Assembly: GCA_043228905.1 (NCBI GenBank)
Contig: JBHGNT010000005.1
Coordinates: 9,858,001 to 9,922,000 of the forward strand
DNA length: 64,000 nucleotides
Source: Azolla caroliniana
Lineage: Eukaryota > Plantae > Polypodiophyta
Direction: 5' to 3'
The translations under genes and the position numbers were made by a program. The notes beneath the pieces were generated by a model that was given only the letters and a program-made list of their open reading frames with translations, did no database searches and was not told where the DNA came from. This document shows positions 37,808 through 50,179 of the stretch, piece by piece (position 1 is the first letter of the stretch; the number at the start of each line of letters is the position of its first letter).

Positions 37808-40800
37808 ACGCATGAAGGCGTGAAGGTGGACTGGCCGGTACTGATTGCAGACGGCCTTTGTGCGGCCATCGACTCTGTAAGAGGCAAGGAGGGTCAGAAA
37901 ATATGGACTACAGTGGCGCAATGGCTCACCCTATTGGCACCACCTATCGAGCCCGCCAAGACCACGAAGCGCGGGAGAACGACCGAAGGCACCCCAAAAA
38001 CGGCTTCGAAACGGCAACAGCTGTTGGCCTCTAAGGCACCCACCCAAAGGGAATGCGGCAAAAGAGCGCGCCAATAGGAAGCGGCAGGCGGAAACGCAGG
38101 AGGAGACACCGGGACGGCCTATCAAGTTCATATTTCACCGACCGGTTCAACAAGAGCCGGACCCCTTGGCAGCAAAAGTCAACATCGGGACTCAGGAGGA
38201 GGAAGCAAAGGAGGAACCGTTAGAGCACCTCCAGCGGCGTCAGAAGGCAAGCACCGCAGAACAGGCTGGGGAGCATTCGGACCAAAAGAAGGATGGAACG
38301 CCTCTACCCCACACTGAGCATCCCGCACCAAGGGTAGAACCAGAACCAATTCGGATAGAACCGGTCACAGAGCTCCCTACACAACAAGCTATACCGGCAG
38401 GTCAAGATACAGCAAGACCCGAAATTCAAGCGTTGGTACTACAGTTGCCTCCCTCACCAGCAGGTCAAGAGCAATCAGAGGCGGAGCGGCCAATGGAGGC
38501 GCAACTGGAACCAGAACGGCAAAGTGGTCACCAACAAGAGACAAAGTTGCAGCTCGACGCAACCAGACAAGACCAACCACTGGCTAGCGGAACCAACAAC
38601 CAACCCTTCGTGCAAACGCAAAAACAGGGCACTGGCAGCCAATGGCTCCGGTGGATTGGGGAACAGATTGCCGGAGTGGTGCACTACATAGAGGTGGAAG
38701 AGAAAGCGCAGATGGACCGGTTGCTAGTCACAACTGGAGAAGTAGAGACGGCCCGATCAAGGATTCGGAGCCTAGAACAAGACTTGGACCTGGCCACAGA
38801 AGAATTGGCCAAAATGGCCTTAAGTGGACCACAGATTCAAGCATCGATGACTCTGGTAGATGTACAGAATAAAGACACACCAAGCACTGTACATAGTAGT
38901 AAGACCCCGGAGACGGAACCAGTCCTGGAAACAGTGGCAACGCAAGCGAAAGAGCTTGCCGAATTGAAAGATGAACTGGACACACAAGAAGCATTACGCA
39001 CCCGAGAAAGGGACTTGAAGAAAGCGGCAGAAGAAGAACAAAGAAAGACTGTTGAGAATCTCCGCCGGGCAGAAGAGAATCTGCGGAAAGGACATCAGGC
39101 ATATGACCTGCCTAAGGAGGAGAAAGAGAAAGTGCTGCAAGAAAAGGATAAGCTACTATGGATGGCGGAAATGGAGATTGAAAGACTTAAAGAAGAACTC
39201 CGTCAACAAAAAGATCGGGAAGACCGCGCTTGCCGGCAACTCAACCAAAAGCTGAAGCAGAAGACTGATGATTTTGAGCACCTACACCGGGACTATAAGC
39301 ACCTGGATACGGAGCATAAGAAGCAACAGGAGAGGATGGCAGAGCTCTGGCAGGAAGTTCAGCGAGCTGAGACAGCGCTAGCTGAAGAACGGGCCGAAAG
39401 AACAACGCTACTGGAGGAAGCTACGCAGGAACGTATGGAGCTCCATAAGCAACATTATGAAGAAAAGGAAAGAGCGACAATGGTATTGCATAGGTTGCAG
39501 AACACCTACCAAAACCAATTGTCACATTACCAGGAGTAGGAGGTGGACACGGTGAAGCTGATCAAGCAATTGAAGGAAGAACGACAAGCCGTGGAGGACA
39601 AATCGAAGATGGGACTTGAGCGGATCCAGCTCATTGTCCAGGCATGGAGGAACAAGAAAAAATGCTTGATTGACGAAAGCTCCGTGCAATGGTGGGACAA
39701 ATGGGCAAAGCACACAATTGAGCTCTAGTTGCTAAGGGCGGACGCTGAAAACCGGCAGAAGGATGGTGACAACTGCTACATGCTAACAAAGGAGGACTTC
39801 ACCGCCATAAGAGATGAGTTAGCAGAAGACTTTGTAACTCTGGCGGAGGAACAGTCAACAGTGGTCCGGCAACTGGTAGCACAGCTGGACGACAATCGAC
39901 TGGATGCTCAAATCCAGTTTGAAAGCTATGAGCAGACTAGGCTACAGCAAGAAGAAGCAAGGCAGGCGGCGATCGTCAACCTCAGCGATAAGGAGCCATC
40001 GCCAGGGCAAGGACCGGACGGGGACAAGGCCGGAGCAAGTCAACCGGAGTCAAATCCGGTAGTGCAACTGACGGAGGAATCACCGCCACAACCGCCGGTA
40101 CCGGGAGCCGGACAGACGCCATCCAAGGAGCAACAGTCGGAGGAGCCGGAGCCAGAGCAACAATAGCCACAGCCACAACAGCAGTAACAATAGATTCCCG
40201 AAGAACCATTGGACACCCTGGAGCAAAGTATTCTGGATATCATGGACGAAGGCTAAGGGCCGGATAGTGGGATTCGACGTACAAGGTACTGTCCCACGGG
40301 CGTGCCATGTGTTACCCGGCCGACAAAGGAGTTAAAAACCAGAATGTGAAAGGGATTGTATATTCGGAATCTATTATAATTAAGTAGTTTATGAGACGTG
40401 AACGGACGGATCGGAAGCAGTATGCCGATCTGGATCCGGACCGGTTCCGAACAGGTGTCGGTTGGCACTGTTTCGTACTCAGCACCGGTGACCTATATAA
40501 AGGCCGGTTACAATGTAAAACTTTGACGGATAATTAATAGAGCTTCTTGTTTTATCTTTAAATGTTGATTAACGTTATGTGCTAATTGTTCTATCATACG
40601 CGTGTATCAAGTCTAATGCCATATTACTAAGTAACCAATTAAAGCCTGATTAATCGTTGAGTCTTAAGTTATCTCGCCGTAGCACCCCTTTGGTGAAATG
40701 TCTTCCGTAGACACCCTATGTTAGGCCATCGTCCGGCCCTAAGGAATAACACCAACCATATCAAATCCTCAAAATACTTGACTTCCATCACCAAAAAACG

Positions 40801-42668
40801 TCCATATGGATCATTATAGACTATATGTGGACAAAACGAATAACGAATAATCATGACAACCCCTGAGTAATGATGTGATAACTGTCCTACATAATATGCG
40901 GAATATCCACGCAAATGTAACACAGATCCTGCTAAATCATGACACTTATGTTCAACTGCACATAAAACATCCCAATCTTTATCAAATAAAGTTTTCCATA
41001 ATATATATTTCTTATGGGGAGAAGATGCCCCTCTCACATTCCATGATACCACTTTCATTTAACACCTTTGGTAAGAACTTGCTCTTTATGAGTAAGTGTA
41101 TTCATGAATGTGCTAACTACATGTTCAAGAGCTGCATAAGGATTTGTGTGTACTACATCCCCTCCACCAATATTAGGGTTTTGTTGTCTAGCTCCACGAG
41201 AACGAATTCCTTGATTTAATTGAGGTCGTACCACCCTTCCTGAAGAATCGAATTGTAATTGGTTGGACAATCTCTGATTTCGCACTTGTTTCTGCCAAGG
41301 ATTTTTCTTAAACCCCTCCTTCAATCTCAAATTATCTTTTGGTAATGTCGTACCATAAGTAATTTTTGATTCCCTTTGTATGGCAACACCCTTCCTTTTA
41401 TGTTATGCTTCACTTGATGCCACTCTCCATCTGCAACATTTGGGCCATCATTATTACATACTCCATTCTCCTCCCCAACACCTCTAATATGACCATGAAC
41501 TTTAGGATCTTGTTCTAACCCATGAGATGTTCCCTCATCCATGACCATATCAACCATTGAGACAATACCCTTCTCAACATCTTCCTTATTTTTCCCTTTG
41601 ACATTATTTTCTAGGGATAGTTCATCATGATATTGGCATTCAACCATAAAATTCCCCAATTTACCACATTTAAAACAATGTCCTGCAAAAGTTTCCCATT
41701 GAAGCTTAAAACGGAATCGACCAAATCGAGATGTATCAATACTCAACCATCCTAGAATTTTACAACTTGTATCCCATAACATGCAAAATCTGCATTTGTT
41801 CAACGAATTAACATGAGGAGCAACCAAAACTTTACCAATTTGGGAATGAGTTACTACAATCAACGATCACCCAAATTGGGCATTGTTGTTTTAATAAATA
41901 TTTATAATCCACCATTTGAACCCATTCCATCACATGCACTAATCTTCTGTAAAAAAAGATTGGTACCTTTGCCATCAAAACTGTACGGTGTTCTGACGAT
42001 CGAAAAACTACATCATAGAAACCTCTTGGACCCACATACACACCCTCAACACAATTAGGCATTATGAATGAATTCAACCACTGATTAATCCATGATACCA
42101 AAGGAAGTTTGCTAGTGAAATACAAAATAACACCATGATCATAGCACCTGTCAAAAGTTGCTAACATAGAGTTGATCTCCATCACCACTTCGACAACATC
42201 CTCCTCCACACAATCTTTAGCATCTTTCTCATTTTTTTCCTTAAAATCGGAAAGCAAAGCCTTAACAAAATCACAACGACTGTCAATATCATAATCATCT
42301 CCAATAACATCTTCCCAACCAAGAATAGTAGCATATGATGTTTTCTCATGTTTTGTAGAATCAATACACTTTTGCCTCTTGTAATTTTCATAACCATCAT
42401 CACCACCACATCCATCAACAATCATCAATTCCCTTCCTGTTGTTGTGTCATCCATCCTAATAGAGATTGAGAGAACTAACCTGAGACGATGACACTTTTG
42501 CTTGTAGCTTCTTGTAACGATAACGAAACATAACGTCCAAATAATCCTTGTAAATCCCTCTGAACGAGATTCGCAATGAGCCAAAAATCATAAAAAACGG
42601 AGTTCTGAGGACAAAGTTACATTAGAAACATGTTTCAACACTATTCTTGAAACGTCATCGTGTTTTTC

Positions 42669-42671
<3 letters not shown>

Positions 42672-42731
<60 letters not shown>
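42672..42731. repeat. (CT)n microsatellite between two divergent LINEs
   Basis: Direct reading. Confidence 0.9.
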
Positions 42732-42735
<4 letters not shown>

Positions 42736-44491
42736 TCATCGCCTGTCGTTTTCACCGCCGTCTATCATCGTCGACTGTCGCTACAACCGTCGTCTATCAT
42801 CATCGATTGTCATTGCAGCCACCGCCGTCATCGTCGTCATTTGTCATTGTTGTCCTTCGTCATTGTTTGGTTTGTGGCACAGTTGCTGTTGTCGGACGTC
42901 ACTGTCACCTACACCTCTTACGACGTCATCGGTTGCGTAAACAAGAGAGTACAAATGTGCTTCTACACTTGTACCTAGCGCGCAAGACATCAATGCTCGG
43001 CCAAGTTTTTCTGTCCTTTTTGACTTTTTCTTTCTTTTATCTTTTGAATTACAACATGAATTCTTGACGAAACCATAAGGAAACACACGACGAAATTATA
43101 AGTAATGAAGAATTTTTAGATGTCCTTAACCGGTTAGTTAAAATGGAAAAATGGGCAAAAGAGATTGAAGCTCAAAAACAAAAAGATAAGGAAGAAAAAG
43201 AACTACTTATTGCTGAAATAGCGAAACTTAAGGAAGACAACGTGAACCTTCAAAAACAAGTTAAGGACCTTGAGACATCTAGGGAAGATGGTGAAGTATC
43301 TTCCCTAGAGGATATTAAGGACGAGATAAAAAAGGTTAAGAAAGAGGTTAAAAGCGATATGGAATTAGCAAAAACTGAATGGGTTGATCTAAGTAAAATG
43401 TAATATTAAAAAGGAACTAAAGGATGAAAATATTGTAAACACCACCCTTGAGGAGGAAAAAATGCGTCAAGCTCAATGCTTAAACGTAAGAGTTACTAGG
43501 CTCAAGGAAGGGGCATCTCCCGACGAAGATGCACAAACATTAGGGAAGATGTTGGGGTACGAAGCCCTACCAATCACTAAAACATGGAGAGTAGGACATG
43601 ACACCACTAGGAAAAGAGCTTTAGTCCTTCAGTTTAAGGATCGCCTTTTTTAAAAAGAGACCAATTCTTCGAGGATTGGGCGGGGACCCAATCTACCTTG
43701 ATGAAGACTTGACCAAGATGCAAATTGAGCATCGTAAAACTTGTATGTTGCAAGTCATACAAGCTCGTAAAGAGGGGCATCATGCTTTTTACCGAGACGG
43801 ACGTGTGATAATTAATGATCGCCCCGCCAATTGACGGCGTGTAGCCCATGTGACAGACAATAAACTTAGGATGACCTTATGGAATTGTAACGATGCACTT
43901 TGGACACACCCTGGCTGTCTAGAGGACATTTTGAAGGTATCTGATATACTTGTTTTAGTAGAAACACATCAGAGTCCAAATCGAGGACTGCCATGAGTTG
44001 ACGGATTTCGTTGGGAATCTGTCTTTAGACAAACATCATGTCGACACACTACTAGAGGGTCTGGAAGGGTTGCGATATTATTTTGGAGAGAGATACATAA
44101 TAGGATAGAAATACTAAAGAAAGACCTAGAAGCCCGTTTTATGTGGGTGAAAATCCTCACTAGCAAGGATCAGGTGATATTTATCGTCGTTTGTTACTTC
44201 CCCCCGAAAGGATATCGGTATAATACGGTTGGAGAGGTGAGTATAGTTGATGAAGGAACACCACATGGGCCTTCTCCTTACAAACCTTTATCGGATGACA
44301 TAATCCAATATTCTTCTCAAGGGGAAGTCTTCCTTGTAAGGGATTTTAATGCGAGAACCCAATCCCAACAATGCACAATATTTCAGATGGATAGAAACTT
44401 AGAAATGGTGAATGTCGACCCTTTAGCCTTAGGCATAACACGTACATCAAAAGATCAAGGTGCAGACGCCACAAGCTTTGGCCATCATCTG

Positions 44492-45124
44492 TGTTGAGAA
44501 ATCATTTCGGAATTTAAAATCACAATGAACAGACAATGCTGAAATACGAATCACAAAAAGAAAAAAAGAAAAAAACAGATAAACAACTATGCACAAAGAT
44601 TTACGTGGAAACCCTAAAATGGGAGAAAACCTCAAGAATAGATCTTCACTATGGATAGTGGATATACAACACTGACAGGGTTATAGCACTCTATCGAGTG
44701 TATCAGCCACGCAAGGCTCTTCGCGTCTATTGTTACTCACACAGCTATGGCGCAGCACACACTTCTCTCTCTCACTCATAGTTATGTTCTCTTCTATTCT
44801 ACATCTTAAAGTTTGCCCTAGTTGCATATATACTTACACAACTTTCTGGCTATTTACATACCTAGCCCTCATGGGGCACACATTGAGACTATTTACAAGT
44901 ATAGTCTCCCGAGTTGGCTATATACACGATTCTGGTTTCGGCCTCGGCCGAGACCCTCATCAACTCGGTTCCTCTCTCTCCCAATCTGGAGTGACATGTT
45001 TCCTAACATCATCATTATTATTACCATAATAATAATAACAATTGCATCACTGTTTTCGACCCTTCGACAGTCGGCTTTTTGAATAGTCAGCTCTTCCTCC
45101 CACTGGAGGGGCATATTCCCAACA
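44492..45124 (-). repeat. Copia-type solo LTR (chimeric, with a second LTR start at 45008)
   Basis: Perfect TSD ATCTG; excision restores the LINE frame GHHL-LELG. Contains the GGGTTTCCACG motif on minus. Confidence 0.85.
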
Positions 45125-47887
45125 ATCTGCTTGAACTTGGAAGCCGACACCATATGATCATATATAATGTCTTAGCCAAGCGGCCAGGCTCGGAAGAGCT
45201 CACATGTTTCCCACATGGAGGAGGGGAAAGCACAGTTGATTACCTAATAGGACGCCTTGAAGCTACCCACATGGTTAACTCCTTCCGAGTGGCCCCATGC
45301 CCCATTGGTGCAGACCATAGCTTCCTATACTTTGAGCTAAAATGTGACACCTCCCACGCCACCAACTCTAGTCAACCAACCCATCACACCATAATACATT
45401 TCACGCATGAGCTCGCTGACATCTACTCTCGACATGTACAAGCCCATCTCTCCTCTTTGGATTCTTCCTTGCCTTTAGAGAACCTCACTACAAAACTCAC
45501 ACGCATCCTTCACTCAGCAGCAACTAGTAGCTTCCCATGCACAAAAGGTTCCAATCATAGTAGAATAGGGTCTATGCCACAAAACAAGTGGTATGATGAG
45601 GATTGCAGAGAGTTGTATAGACAACTTAAGGTGTGGCGACTTAGTGGTACTATTTCCTCAGTACAGGCTCACAAAGAGATGTAGAAGATAACACGTCGTA
45701 AAAGACGAGCTTGGGAATCATCTCAATATTGGGAACTCTACCATATGTTCATGAGTAGGGACTGCGCCCTTGCATGGAAGAGACTACGGGAACCGAGACC
45801 ACAAACACCCATTGAGGATCCTAATATTTGGCACACATATATTGAGAGACTCTACCATGTCCCGAACCAACCACCCATTCCAATGTCTTCCACACCTTGA
45901 CCTACCATGGGGACACTTTTCACAACCTCTAGGGTCACGAAGGTCATAAAAAAGTTACAACATAGGAAATCCATGGACCACACAGGATTGCGAGCCAAGC
46001 ACATCATATATGCTCGAGAGTGCCTAGCCCCCCTTCTCACTCTAATCCTCAATCGTGCCCTCACCGAGGGTTTTCCACCACAATGGGCCATGAACATAGT
46101 GGTCCCTATACATAAAGGAGGGGACCCAATGGATCCAAATACATATAGGACCATTATGATAGGTAACACGCTCGATAAACTATATAGTGCAATAATGGAA
46201 GCGGAGCTCAACAATTATATGGAAACGTTAAGTCTTCACGCACCTGAGCAGGCTGGCTTTAGATGAACCTTCTCCACTATTGACCATATCTTCACACTTA
46301 GGTGCTTAATTGACCAGATGAAGGCTCGTAAGAAGAAACTATATTGTTGCTTTGTGGACTTCCGCAAAGGCTTTGACACAGTTCCTAAGGAGAGGTTGTT
46401 TTATAGACTTAAGAGCTTGGAGATACCAAATGACATGATCTAGGCCATTTATGCCTTATATGAGCAAGTCTTTGGGTGAATACGATGCCCAGGTGGCCTA
46501 TCCGATTGTTTCACTAGCACCATTGGTGTAAAACAAGGTTGCCCCTTGTCACCGACCCTTTTTGGGATCTACATTGATGAGATCACTGATTTTATTGCTC
46601 GAAAGGGAGGCAAGGGAGTAGTTATTGGGGATATGCAAGTTAGTTTCTTACTCTACGCAGACAACATTGTCTTGCTCTCTGAATCGGAACACGACCTACA
46701 AAAGCATCTTAATGCCCTAGATGCCTTTTGTACACAACGAGGACTGGTAGTGAATCTAAGGAAAACTAAATTCCTTATCTTTCATAAATCGACCCGAGTT
46801 AGGAATAAATGTCACCTAACCCTCTCTCATAAACTAGTTGAGGTAGTGGGATCATATGTATACTCGGGAGTCACTTTTAGTGCTCATTCAACTAAATTCT
46901 TCATGACCCAGTCAGCCAAAGATAGGCTAACGAGAGGGTATGCATCCCTCTCACTCTTAGAGAGACAATGCCTCCAGGCTTACTTTCAAGAGCCACGGAC
47001 TAAGGGATGGCTCTTCAACTCATTAGTGACCCCTTCCCTCATGTATGCATCAGTAGTATGGGCTCCAGGTCTACCATCCTTCATGTGGACGCAATTAGAG
47101 AGACCTTTGGTCACGATGTTATCATGTCAACTCCGAAGCAAATCGACAGTACCACATGACATTATTAGAGCAGAGTTTAGTCTACCCCTGATGTTAGTAG
47201 AAGCACTCTTTCAAATGGTAGTTTTTATTCATTAGATATATAGCCAACCACAAGATAGGATATCCCATCGAGCCTTTGAGGCATCCCGATTCCTACATGC
47301 ATCTAGAGACACTAGGTCTTGGTATAGCATTGTGGTGAGTTGGTTACTTGCAAACGGCATAGACATTAATAACCTACCTCCCCTTAAGTACAACCATGGG
47401 ACTAATCAAACTCTAATCTCTCATGAAGACCGTAATAAAGTGATACACCAAGAAATATGGCAAATTTACACTCGATATAAATGGATCACCCCACGAGAGC
47501 CACTCCCCTATAAAATGTTGTATTATAAGGAACACTTCTTGCACTTCTCTAAGTTAGGTTTTATTACACAACCAAGATATCTAGATACATTCTTATCAAA
47601 CACACTAAGGGTGGCCATTGGACAACTTAGGATATTATCTCACCAACTTGAGATTGAGAATGGTCGAGCTAATAGAGTCCCTAGAGAGGAAAGGCTATGT
47701 AGGTTATGCCACATAGAGATACAGGATGAGTATCACTTCACATGCTAGTGCCCAACTTATGCCGAGATACGGGCAGAATACCAAGACATATTAGGACCCT
47801 CTCCCACCCTCTCCAAAATATTAGATACCCCAAGTGTAAAAAGACTAGGTAGGTATATCTTAGAGCTAAAACAACATAGGGGAGAAT

Positions 47888-48275
47888 TGTTGAGAGACAA
47901 GCTCAACATTTGGTGCGTAAACTGGGTGCGTAGAACCATGCGCACAATAGGCCATAGCGGTGTGTAAACCGGAGGCCATTGGAAAGATATTCCCCGAAAG
48001 GAATAATTTTGGGAGTGAGTGCAGCAGCTCATTTATGAGTGTCAAGTACTGTCAGTACTTGTGTCAGCCCGATTGTCGGGGCTTGTATATAAGATGGTCA
48101 CCAAGCACGAAGTATGTACAGAACTGAGTGTCATTATTTTGAATCTAAGTTTTCTGTTGTCTACTCTCTTTCTCTCTGTCTCTCCATCTCCATCTCATCT
48201 CTGCACTTTCTATGTTTTACTGAACTGTGTACTCTGTGTTTACGCACACGCTTCCGCACAACGTATTCTTTTACA
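47888..48275 (+). repeat. Copia-type solo LTR in the LINE 3' region
   Basis: TGTTGAG...TTTACA with TSD AGAAT/TGAAT; start resembles the G LTR at 52474. Confidence 0.75.
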
Positions 48276-48776
48276 TGAATAAATTACAAAGTGTTAATCA
48301 TAACCCTTTTACTATTCATCAACATGTAACTAGTGTAATTTTTCAGGAACAAGGGGAGACGATGAATGTGGATACACTTACGCCGCTCGGCCTCTAACTT
48401 GAGGAAGCAGAAATAAAAAGAACAACCAAACGCCCTCAGATGTTGGGCTTCAAAACAAGTCGGCGTGGAGTAGAAAAGATTAAGAAGATAAGGGAACGTG
48501 AGCTACATCAACTAGAAGCTATGGTTGGGGTACCTTTTACATTGGGACCATGGGCCACATCCACATCGCAACCCTTTGACCTCCCGCTTCTCTTCGAGAG
48601 ACTTGGATGGAAATGAAATTAGGCCTAGTATAACATCTTTTCATTGTAGAACATGTTTTTTTTTAGAACTATTTTTTATTTTATTTTGATTTTTTTACTT
48701 TCGATGAATGGGTAAATATCCCATTTTTTGTAAACCATTTGTCTCATGGGCCAAATTTGGCCTTAGAAGACGTTAA

Positions 48777-48778
<2 letters not shown>

Positions 48779-48810
<32 letters not shown>
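48779..48810. repeat. (TC)n at the 3' end of the RTEX-like LINE
   Basis: Direct reading. Confidence 0.9.
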
Positions 48811-48814
<4 letters not shown>

Positions 48815-48877
48815 CTGCTTCCATGTGACTTAGCTCACATGCATTGCGATGTGAGACAGGGCGTTGGGTAGCAATGG

Positions 48878-49020
48878 GCGCGGTTTGGTTTCAAGGCAAA
48901 GAAACCAAACCTAACCGAAACCAAACCGTTTATTTAAAACAAAAACCAACCAAACCGTTAAAGAACTCTCAGTATTTAAACCAAACCATTTAAAACTAAA
49001 CCGTTTGAAACGGCACACTA
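48878..49020. mobile_element. Possible end of an hAT-like non-autonomous DNA transposon
   Basis: Clustered AAACC(G/A) subterminal-type repeats ending GGCACACTA; partner end not found. Confidence 0.4.
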
Positions 49021-49624
49021 GTGGAGGGTCGGGCCTTATACGTGCTTCTGAAATGGAATCACCTACAGATTGCTTCTAACTCAGCCCTCGAGAGAGCAAT
49101 CTTTTGGAGGATGTTAGCAACAACATTACCTGATGTCGAGGCTTGGGTAATGGCAGGTGATTTCAACATGACTGAACACCTGGGAGATAGGAAAGGAGGG
49201 ACCCATAGGCCTATTTATGGTGCGGAGCTAGATTCATGGGCTTTCCTAATTGGCAAAATCGGGGTGAAGGATACATGGGGCTCTTCCCTTAGGAGAAGCT
49301 CACATTCGCTGCACTTTTCCAGAGCCGCTGGGAATGCTAGGGGCGGTAGTTTTGCACGGCTAGATTGCATATACATCAACTCATCCCTCGAAGAGTTTGG
49401 GGGCGCCTTTGCTATCTTGGCAAGTCTTACCTTTTCAGATCATCAGTTGGTGAGACTAGACCTTAACCCACCCAACGATAGCAAGGGCAGTCTCAATGTG
49501 AAGATCCCCACAAAGATCATGAAGAGTGAAGAGGTGAAGGCCGGTTTACAAAGTATATGGCAGGACACCATGGGCAGTGAATCAGCCAGCGAAGATTTGC
49601 AAAAAAAATTGGCCCTCTCCTCCT

Positions 49625-49898
49625 TGACAAGAACTACACGCTCCCGATGAACAACGCTCGACCACAACCGAGCTTAGAATCAAAACACAGAAAAAAACGG
49701 GGAATGAATGCACGACACAAAGGAGAGAAGAGTACACAGGATGTTTAACGTGGAAAACCTTGAGAGGGAAAAACCACAGGAGTCCACAGACTCCAAACTA
49801 TCACTATATCACAATGATTACAACAGTGACCTCACGGAGACAACGACCTCGTGTTCACGATCTTCACCACAGGCGGCGGTTACAACAGAGGCAACGAC

Positions 49899-49961
<63 letters not shown>

Positions 49962-50143
49962 CATTGTTACGTTGTCGCGTTATTACGCGCGTGCGGGGAG
50001 AAAGGCGGGACCACGGGGGTCTTGGACTAGGGAGTGTTGGAGCGTAGGAAGTCGGGTTTCACCGTTCCCGAGGCATCTCAGAAGCACACCGGAAGCAACC
50101 GAAGGGAGAGAGAGAGAGCGCGCTTAACACCGACTCACGCACA

Positions 50144-50179
<36 letters not shown>

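Larger units (their letters stand above)
36685..40256 (+). pseudogene. Extra ORF3 of gypsy E (about 900 aa reconstructed: globular N-terminus, Q/E/P linker, long coiled coil), split by a solo LTR
   Basis: 36685..37002 and 37820..38077 join in frame after removing 36995-37811. 38166-40256 is a single frame broken by a few stops. Confidence 0.75.
30500..40751 (+). mobile_element. Gypsy E, complete non-chromoviral (Athila/Phygy/Selgy-like) element (5' LTR 30500-30813, 3' LTR 40310-40751)
   Basis: Perfect TSD CCAAC and paired LTRs TGTTACCC...AATAACA. PBS TGGCGACCAC (probably tRNA-Arg) at 30821 after a 7-nt spacer. Confidence 0.95.
22071..42584 (-). mobile_element. L1/Tx1-type LINE (ORF1 with zinc knuckle; ORF2 EN-RT-zf-RVT), disrupted by D and E and by a deletion
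   Basis: ORF1 41327-42584 (CFKCGKLGNFMVEC). EN: MKVVSWNVRG (41058), then VGIYAPN, GDFN, SDHFPI at 29944-30498. RT: LDLEKAYD and RQGYPLSPLLF at 23650-24147. C-terminal CFFC...HRFVKC at 22071-22784. Confidence 0.9.
43143..48778 (+). mobile_element. RTEX/RTE-like LINE (coiled-coil ORF1, EN, RT, C-terminal CX2C...H...C motif), degenerate, containing two solo LTRs
   Basis: ORF1 43143-43830. EN: LWNCN (~43875), DFNART, STVDY, DHS. RT: EQAGFR, FVDFRKGFD, KQGCPLSPTLF, LYADNI. C-terminus RLCRLCH..QDEYHF. Confidence 0.85.

Noticed and set aside
38166-39539. Host myosin- or SMC-like gene, or retroviral env
   Set aside because: It lies between pol and the 3' LTR within TSD-bounded E and shows no motor, ATPase, signal or transmembrane motifs.
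42647-43086. ORFs with LSLSLS or RERERE runs (also 21794-22012, 49708-50127)
   Set aside because: These are translations of (CT)n microsatellites.
44485-45013. Alternative TSD TCATC/TCATC
   Set aside because: Only the ATCTG pair restores the LINE reading frame; probably a coincidence.
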